Below are positions 55,420-64,000 of a DNA stretch of 64,000 bases, piece by piece (within the stretch, counting starts at the first letter, position 1; every line of letters starts with the position of its first letter). The notes below the pieces were generated by a model. It did no database searches. It had not been told where the DNA came from and was given only the letters and a program-made list of their open reading frames with translations. Origin of the DNA: Eledone cirrhosa (Eukaryota). The stretch spans positions 38,626,001 through 38,690,000 of the forward strand of contig OZ024756.1 in assembly GCA_964016885.1 (NCBI GenBank). The letters are read 5' to 3'. The position numbers were made by a program, and so were the translations under genes.

Positions 55420-55856
55420 TTTAACCCTTTACCATTTAAACCAGCCGTAACCGGCTAGAACTCTCTCCCCTCTTTCTGTTCAAACCGGCTATAACTGGTC
55501 ACTCAAACCGATGTTAAGGTATTGTTCTTAAAATAAAGAATATCAAAATCTCGTAGATTCAATATTATGTGAGATAATTATATAAGATAAAGCCTTTACG
55601 GTAAAAATACAATAGTATACAGGTGGTTTAACCCTTTAGCATTTACAGTACTCTATATATACTATTGTATTTTCACAGTAAACACTTTATTTCACATAAT
55701 TATTTCACATAATATCGAATCTACGAGGTTTTGATATTATTTATTTTGAGAACAATACCTTAACATCAGTATGAGTGACTGTTTACAGCCAGTTTGATCA
55801 GAAATAGGTGAGAAAATTCTAGCTGGATATGGCCAGTTTAAATACCAAAGAGTTAA
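55420..55856. mobile_element. Adjacent inverted pair of MITE family P
   Basis: - copy at 55420-55620 and + copy at 55628-55856. Confidence 0.88.
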
Positions 55857-55979
55857 TGGGTCTGTCTATAGTATTGTTCCACCACCAGATCACTTATCAT
55901 TTGGTTGGTACCTTGCTCCAGCCATAATTCTCATAGTCTGAAGCAGGTTGTCTTGTAAGAACTTCCAGTTGCTTTCTAT

Positions 55980-56030
<51 letters not shown>

Positions 56031-56370
56031 ATATATATATATGACCGAGTGATGTGTTGTTTCCTTGAGCAAGACACTTTATTTCACATTGCTCCAGTTT
56101 ACTCAGCTGTAGAAATGAGATGATAGGGACTGGGGTCCCTATCATTCCACTACAAAGTGGTCGTGGAGGTGCCACAGCAAAAAAGCACCCAGCACTCACT
56201 GTAAATGAGGTTGGTGTTAGGAAGGGCATCCAGCTGTAGAAATCAAGCCAGAATCAGTCCCCATATGAGCAAGAGAAGGTCAGCTGACCGGACACTGCCC
56301 ACAACAGGACAACCCGTCTAACCTATGCTAGCGTGGAAGTACAGACGTGTGATGATGATGATGATATATC

Positions 56371-56403
<33 letters not shown>

Positions 56404-57492
56404 ATATATACATATATATATGTGTGTGTGTGTGTGTATATATATATATGTGTGTGTGAGTGTATATATATATATATATATGTATATGCATGCATATATA
56501 CATACGTATATAATGTTGCAGAAGATAAGTTGGTCATATGTGGTAAGTTCGTGTGGATAAGCAGTTTCAAGTGATTCAAAATCACTTCATCTTCATATCA
56601 GTAGTTTATCCCAGCTAAAAGTTGGTGATTAGGAGTGATGGAGTATTCATTTATCAAATAAAGACTGGGTTTACTTCACCATAAAGCTGAAGGTGAAGTA
56701 ACCCCATCTTAACTACTTTTAATTGATATATATATATATATATACATAAATGTGAGTGTGTATATATATTTATATATATATATGTGACTGTGTGTATATA
56801 TTTATATATCATCATCATCATACATTTGCTTTTCCCTGCTTGCAAGGGCGGGACGGGTCCTATTCAGCACAGCATCTCTCCACTTGTCACGGTCCTTCAT
56901 CATCTTCTCTGTGAGATGAGGTCTGCTCTCACCACCTCCGCCCATGATTTTCGTGGTCTTCCTCTACTGCGTCTTCCTTCTACTGGGATTTCTTGGCACT
57001 TCTTTACCCATATCTATGTACATACATACATATGTGTGCCCCAGCATGGCTTCAACCGGATGGCTGGAACAGGTAAAGGTGTAACAGGTGTTACTAGTAA
57101 AACCACTATTCATTTTAGTACCAAATACTTTTTAAAAAAGGAGCACATAGATCTTATAAGGAAATTTTGCCCTACAGTTAAGCTTCTTCCATTACGTTAA
57201 CAAATGGTGATACCAAAACAACAAAAGCTCAGCCATAGGGCAGAATATCTTTATAACATACACACACAGATACACACACACACACACACATATATAGATA
57301 CACACACATAGATACTCTCTCTCTCTCTCACACAGACACACACACACACACAGATACACAGATAGACAATATATTTTATTGCTTGCATAAACATAAAAAA
57401 AAAATAATCCAGAATATTCTAGACTGAAAAATCAACATATTTTATTGAATTTATTTGGAGATATCATTTAGCGCTGAATATGGTGGGGCAGT

Positions 57493-57550
<58 letters not shown>

Positions 57551-58063
57551 AGTTTTGACTGAATGATATATCTCTTAGTAATAATAATTATTGGCAGTAG
57601 AGGCAGCAGTGTCTGAGATATATGTCTGTCTAGTGTTGGAATGTCTGTGAATAGAATTGTGTTAGGTATTGGGTTAACATTTTATTGGTGTGTGTGTGTA
57701 TGTGTGTTGATTCATTGTGGTAAATCTTTGAGTCGGTCTATGCTCCTGTCACTAATTAGGTTCTTCTGTGTTATAAGGGTTTCTACTATTGGCACAAGGC
57801 CAGCAATTTGGCGGGAGGGGAAAGTTAATTTATTGGAGGAGAGCACCCCTCTCTCCATCTTCATGTTCCTTTCCAGGTGTAACTTGAAAATGTCAGTGAG
57901 AGCTTCACTGAAGAGAAATGTGTCTGTCTTTTGTCCTTTCATTCTTGTCTACCTCATAACTTCTGTTGTCATAACCACCAGATATAGGAAATCTGTTTAC
58001 CATGTATATTATATCATATAAACATTTGAAAAGATCCAACACCCACAAGTAGTACTTTTACTA

Positions 58064-58492
58064 TTAACCCTTTAGCATTTACATTGCTCTATATATATTA
58101 TTGTATCTTTGTGGTAAACACTTTATCTAATATAATTATCTCATATAATATCGAATCTATAAGATTTTGATATTACATATTTTGAGAACAATACCTTAAC
58201 GTTGGTATGACCGGTTTGAAGAGAAAGAGGTGAGAGAATTCTGGCCAGATATGGCTGGTTTATATGCTAAAGAGTTAAAGTTTTGTACTGCATTAAACTG
58301 CATTAGGGAGACATCCCTGAAAAAATACAAAACAGCATTCTATGACTGCATCACATTAATAATTAATTGTTTCTACTTTTGGCACAAGGCCAGCAAATAC
58401 CCAGTACATTACTGGTACTTTATTTTTATTGACCCCCATAAGGATGAAAGGCAAAGTTAACCTCGACGGGATTTGAACTCAGACCGTAAAGC
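58064..58492. mobile_element. MITE family P (58064-58278) and truncated Meta-like SINE (58367-58492, -)
   Basis: Homology; SINE TSD CATCACATTAATAATTAAT. Confidence 0.85.
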
Positions 58493-59009
58493 AACATCAC
58501 ATTAATAATTAATGTCTTTACTCTAGTACTGTAAATTTTCACTAGAATCTGTCCACTAGTAAAGATACTATAAACTTTTATATTAACAAATCTGTTTCAG
58601 ACAGTACTAAATCTTTACAGTATTTTAAGAGTTAATTTCTCATAGGTATATTATATCACATTTAAAAATTCGAAACATTTTTTGGGCCTCAGTAGCCCAC
58701 ATGTAGCTCATGTCTTAACTGTTGCTGAAATATTTTTAGAAGTGGGTGTAGATACATACTGAATCATGAACCTCATTACATAACTGGTATTGTGTTTCTG
58801 TTCTTGACCCTGGAAGAATGAAAGGTCAAGCTATTCTCTGTGAGATTTGAACTCAAAGTAGAAAGATGAACCTCAATGCTTGGTAGACATTTAATATCTT
58901 TTAATATCACTACCACCATCATCATAATATCAGTAAGGTCTCTTACCAGAAGTAGCAGCAGCATCACCTACAGTAAAGTCTTTCATTATCAGCATAATTT
59001 TTCACTATC

Positions 59010-59525
59010 ATCATGACCATCATCACTATCACAACTAGCATCATCACCACCACCACCACCACTGCTGACACCACCACTACCAGTAATGACACCATCACCA
59101 CAAACCATCAATACCACCACCACTACCACCACCACCACCACCATTACCACAAACCATCAATACCATCACCACCACCAACACCACCAACACCACAAACCAT
59201 CAATACTACCACCACCACTACCACTACCACCACCATCACCACTACCACCACTACCACCACCACCATCACCACTACCACCACCACCACCACTACCACCACC
59301 ACCACCACCACCACCATCACCACCATCACCACAAACCATCAATACCACCACCACCACCATTACCACAAACCATCAAAACCATCACCACCACCAACACCAC
59401 CAACACTACCAACACCACAAACCATCAATACTACCACCACCACCACCACCACTACCACCACCACTACCACCACCATCACCACTACCACCACCATCACCAC
59501 TACCACCACCACCACCATCACCAAT
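59010..59525. repeat. (CAC)n compound microsatellite
   Basis: Direct inspection. Confidence 0.95.
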
Positions 59526-60109
59526 ATGAAAACTTTGTCAACAAGAATTAAAAATTAGATTTGTCATAATTATTTTTTTTTCATTATCATGTTGTAAATG
59601 TTAATTATATATATATTTTTTCATCTGTTAATTATATTTTATTATTGTTAATTATATTTTTCACCTGTTGCCCTGTGTTTTCTTTTTTTAAACTTTTATC
59701 TTTTGATTTCTTGCTAAATTTTATAAATGTCAACGTTTTAGTTTCCTTAGTTGATTTCTTTTACTGGTTCTTTTCTTTCTTTTTCTTTTTTTTTCCTTTT
59801 TTCCTTTTCTTTCTTTCTTTTTCTCATCTTTTTTCTTTCTTTCTTTCTTCCCTTTCTTTCTCTTTTCTTCTTTGTTGCTTTCTTTCTCTCTTTCCTTTCT
59901 TTGTGTTCCATATAAGTGTGATAATTTTAATTGCCACAAAGTTCTCTCTTTCTGTCACTCTCTACCTCTTTACTTCTCTCTCTCTCTCTCTCTCCCTCTT
60001 CTATCCCATCACTCCTCCCACCTCTTCTTCACTCATTTATTTCTAGTTTGGTAGTTCACTTTTTTTTTTTATTTCACAAGTGTAAAAATTACTTCATGAC
60101 GATAATAAT

Positions 60110-60412
60110 AATAATTGTTTCTATTTTTGGCACAAGGCCAGCAATTATCTCAGTGCATTACTGGTACTTTATTTTATCGACCCCGTAAGGATGAAAGGCA
60201 AAGTTAACCTCGGCGGGATTTGAACTCAGATCGTAAAGGGCCGTAACTCTGTGCTGCAAAGCAAGGCGTCCGACCCTCTACCGATACAGCCAATCCACCT
60301 TAACTATAATAATAATAATGGTCTCAGATTTAGGCACAAGGCCAGCAATTTTGAGAGGGGAGGGGAAAGTCGATTAAATCAACCCCAGTGCATTACTGGT
60401 ACTTTATTTATC
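60110..60412 (-). mobile_element. Meta-like SINE plus a second partial copy
   Basis: Core homology. Confidence 0.88.
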
Positions 60413-61559
60413 GAGAATAATGCAGAGGGAGTGGGTAGGGATTTATTGATACTGGAGGTGGTGGTTGTTGATATTATGTTGATAGTGGTGATTATGGTGG
60501 TGGTGGTGAGAATGTGGAGGGGGAATGGTGGTGGTGGTGGTAGTGAGAATGTGGAGGGGGACTGGAGTAATGGTGGTGGTGGTGAGAATAATGTGGAGGG
60601 GGGAATGGTGGTGGTGGTGGTGAGAATAATGTGGAGGGGGAATGGTGGTGGTGGTGGTAGTGAGAATGTGGAGGGGGACTGGAGTAATGGTGGTGGTGGT
60701 GGTGAGAATAATGTGGAGGGGGGAATGGTGGTGGTGGTATGTTGATAGCGGTGGTCAGGGTGATTGATGATGATGATGATTGTAGTTTGGTTGTTCTTTT
60801 TCTAGTTGTTGCTGTTGTCATTGTCTATTATCAAACTTCTTCAATATCATCACCATCATCATCATCACTAACACAATCACCATCACCATCATCACCACCA
60901 CCATCATCATCAATATCATCATCATCATGTGTACAGATGAGAGTTTACACAGGAAATAACCAAGCTAGTTGAAATGTTAAGAACCAAGCCATCACATTTG
61001 GATAACAATACATACAATATTTTATAACATGACAGCTTTGTGTCCCTGTCTGTGTATATATATGTGTATGTGTGTATGCCCCTGTGTGTGTTTCTGTTTT
61101 AAAGAAATGTCTTTTATTCTTTTAGTTCATGCAACTATCTTATCACTTTAACATTTCATTGCCATATTTCTAATGAAAGACAATTGCCTGTGATTTTGAA
61201 GTCATTTTGAAAATACACAAGAATTTGGAGGAATTTAGTAATGGTGCTTCTTATAACTTTCTCATTAAGCTGGTGTTTGTAATATAAAGGTTCTTATATA
61301 AAATTAATGGTTCTAGAAGATTTTCAGATAACTTTTGTTATTGTCTTGCCAATAAAAACACTGATTTTCAAATAATTTTGAAAATGTTTAGAATTTGTAA
61401 AGATTTAATAACTTTTTCATTACTAAACTGCTGTTTGGAACATAACTTAACAAAGGATCTTACATAACATTATAATGGAAGGTGGTTTAGAAAAAATCAG
61501 CATTTTAAAGTAATCAATTTTGTATTGTAGAATCAGTGGTGGTTTGGTTTAAAAAAGGA

Positions 61560-61788
61560 TTAACCCTTTAGTATTTACATTACTCTAAATATACTATCAT
61601 ATTTTCACGGTAAAGTCTTTATCTTACACAATTATCTTATGTAATTTCGAATCTATGAGATTTTTGTGTTATTTATTTTGAGAACAATACCTTAACATTG
61701 ATATGAGTGGCCAGTTACAGCTGGTTTGAACAGAAAGAGGGGAGAGAATTCTGGCTGGATATAGCCAGTTTAAATGCTAAAGGGTTAA
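61560..61788 (+). mobile_element. MITE family P
   Basis: TIRs with TTAA. Confidence 0.9.
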
Positions 61789-62291
61789 AGCTATTTTCCA
61801 CAGAACCATTTCTTTTACCACTCATTGTCTCCATGATTTTTACCATATTAATCCTTCTGAAACCACACCTGGTTCTGATACAAACTATTCATTTTAAGTG
61901 TTAATGTTTATTCAAAAGCCTTCCATCATATTTTTATGTAAAACCTTTTGTTATGTTCCAAACATCAGCTCAATAATGAAAAAGTCAGTTATATTACAAA
62001 TTCTTTATCATTTTTAAAATGATTTGAAAATACACAACAGGCTGTGTCTTTTATTAGAAATATGGTAACAGAATGGTTAAAGTGTTTATATTTATCTAAA
62101 AACCTGCCAATATAATTTTATGTAAGAATCTTGAATTATGTTTGAAACACCAGCTTAATAATGAAAAAGTCAGTTATATTACTATATATATATATATATA
62201 TATATTCCTTCAAATTCTGCTTTTGCATAATTGAAAAAGTACATTTTTTCTTTAACAATTTATTGTCATTAGCTTTACAGTATTTAAATTC

Positions 62292-62625
62292 ATTATTACA
62301 TGTTATATATACCTCTATATACTGTATGTTTATATATATATATATATTACATGTTATATATACCTCTATATACTGTATGTTTATATATATATATATATAT
62401 TACATGTTATATATACCTCTATATACTGTATGTTTACATATATATATATATATATTACATGTTATATATACCTCTATATACTGTATGTTTATATATATAT
62501 ATATATATTACATGTTATATATACCTCTATATACTGTATGTTTATATATATATATATTACATGTTATATATACCTCTATATACTGTATGTTTATATATAT
62601 TACATATTATATATACCTTTATATA
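62292..62625. repeat. ~50-bp minisatellite TATTACATGTTATATATACCTCTATATACTGTATGTT(TA)n
   Basis: About 6 units. Confidence 0.95.
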
Positions 62626-63099
62626 GGGGTTGTGTAGGTGTCATGACAAAAAGTACCCAGTTCACACTGTAAAGTGGTTGTGTAGGTGTCATGGCAACAG
62701 CACCTAGCACACACTGTCAATGTGGTTGTCGTTAGGAAGGGCACCCAGCCGTAGAAAACTAGCCAGATACAGTCCTACACGAGCGAGAGACGGTCACTTG
62801 ACCAAACTTGCCTCAAATGGGACAAACCCGTCTAACCCATGCTAGCATGGAAGATAGACATTAAATGATGATGATGATTTGTAGAAACCTGCAGTATCAA
62901 TGTAGCATATATGGACTTACTGGTATGTACTGTGTTAGACGATTAACTAACAAACAAATTAACTAACGAACTGCTTCTAGAAACGTAACTTGTTCATAAG
63001 TTGAGGACTTACTCGATACTAAATCCCTCCAAACTCTTATTTTGAAAATTATTTGAAAACCATTGTCTATGTTTTTTCATTAAAAAAGTTGATAATTAT

Positions 63100-63732
63100 T
63101 TAAGCATTTAAACCGGCCATATCCGGCCTGAACCCTCTCACCTCTTTCTGTTCAAACCAGCCGTAACTGGCCACTCATATTGATGTTAAGGTATTGTTCT
63201 CAAAATAAATAATTGTTTCTATTTTTGGCACAAGGCCAGCAATTATCCCACTGTATTACTGGTGCTTTATTTGCAAGGTCTTTGATGTGAAATTGTGTGT
63301 TGAAACAGATATTGTTATATTTGTGTGTGTGTGGGTCAAGTTGTCCTAATTTAACTTAACATATGGTTCTTATAATAATAATGAAATTATTGTGTACAGT
63401 GCTCAGGTGCACTACAACTCATCAAAGGTGCATGTATAGTACATAGAATAATTGTTTCTACTTTTGACACAAGGCCAGCAATTATCCCAGTACATTACTG
63501 GTACTTTATTTTATCGACCCCGTAAGGATGAAAGGCAAAGTTGACCTCGGCAGGATTTGAACTCAGAATGGCAAGGGCCGTAACTCTATGCGTCAAAGCA
63601 TGGCGTCCAAACCTCTACCGATACTGCCAATCATAATATTAAAATCTCATAGATTCAATATTATGTGAGGTAAATTCTTTACCACAAAAATACAATAGTA
63701 AATATAGAGTAATGTAAATGGTAAAGGGTTAA
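63100..63732 (-). mobile_element. MITE family P split by nested SINE/DNA-element fragments
   Basis: MITE stops at ~63212 and resumes at ~63633. Confidence 0.8.
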
Positions 63733-64000
63733 ATCCATTTTCTATGTAACCATCCCTTCTTGCTGTCAGCGTCTTCAAGACATCTCCAGCCCCCCCCCCC
63801 CCCCCCCCCCCCCCCTACTCTTCTCGCAATACAAGAAATGTTAGCATTATTTTTTTAGTTTTATTAGTTAATTTTTTTTATAATGCTTTTTTAAAAATTA
63901 TGTTGTTGTTATGACCTTTTGTTTTTTAATTATATTTTCCAATTTTGTTGTTGTTATTGTTGTGGGTGTTGTTACTGTTGTCGTGGTTGTTGTTGTTACT

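Noticed and set aside
56522-56547. Micro-exon TGCAG|AAGATAAG...GTG|GTAAGT as the next POLR2H exon
   Set aside because: Translation does not match DKFRLVIA and the polypyrimidine tract is poor

Overview
This is AT-rich eukaryotic genomic DNA, not prokaryotic. Its repeat content resembles an octopod cephalopod: tRNA-derived CORE-type and Meta-type SINEs, RTE/L1-Tx1/CRE LINE remnants, TTAA-flanked MITEs and extreme microsatellite density. Almost all listed ORFs are artefacts of simple repeats. The one convincing protein-coding feature is an 84-bp internal exon of the shared RNA polymerase subunit RPB8/POLR2H (45816-45899, +); its neighbouring exons could not be found by eye. The most interesting unannotated signal is a set of short elements embedded in (TA)n tracts. 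They belong to at least four unrelated sequence families and carry type I hammerhead-ribozyme cores (CUGAnGA-stem II-GAAA-stem III-NUH with a closing stem I), inverted terminal arms and a shared downstream ACTC...TGAGTRC motif. This architecture matches Penelope-like pseudo-LTR remnants. Other points: LINE 3' ends sitting in (TATC)n, long zero-loop palindromes, nested insertions, and candidate promoter regions near 12 kb and 27-28 kb. All calls were made by eye and repeat boundaries are approximate.
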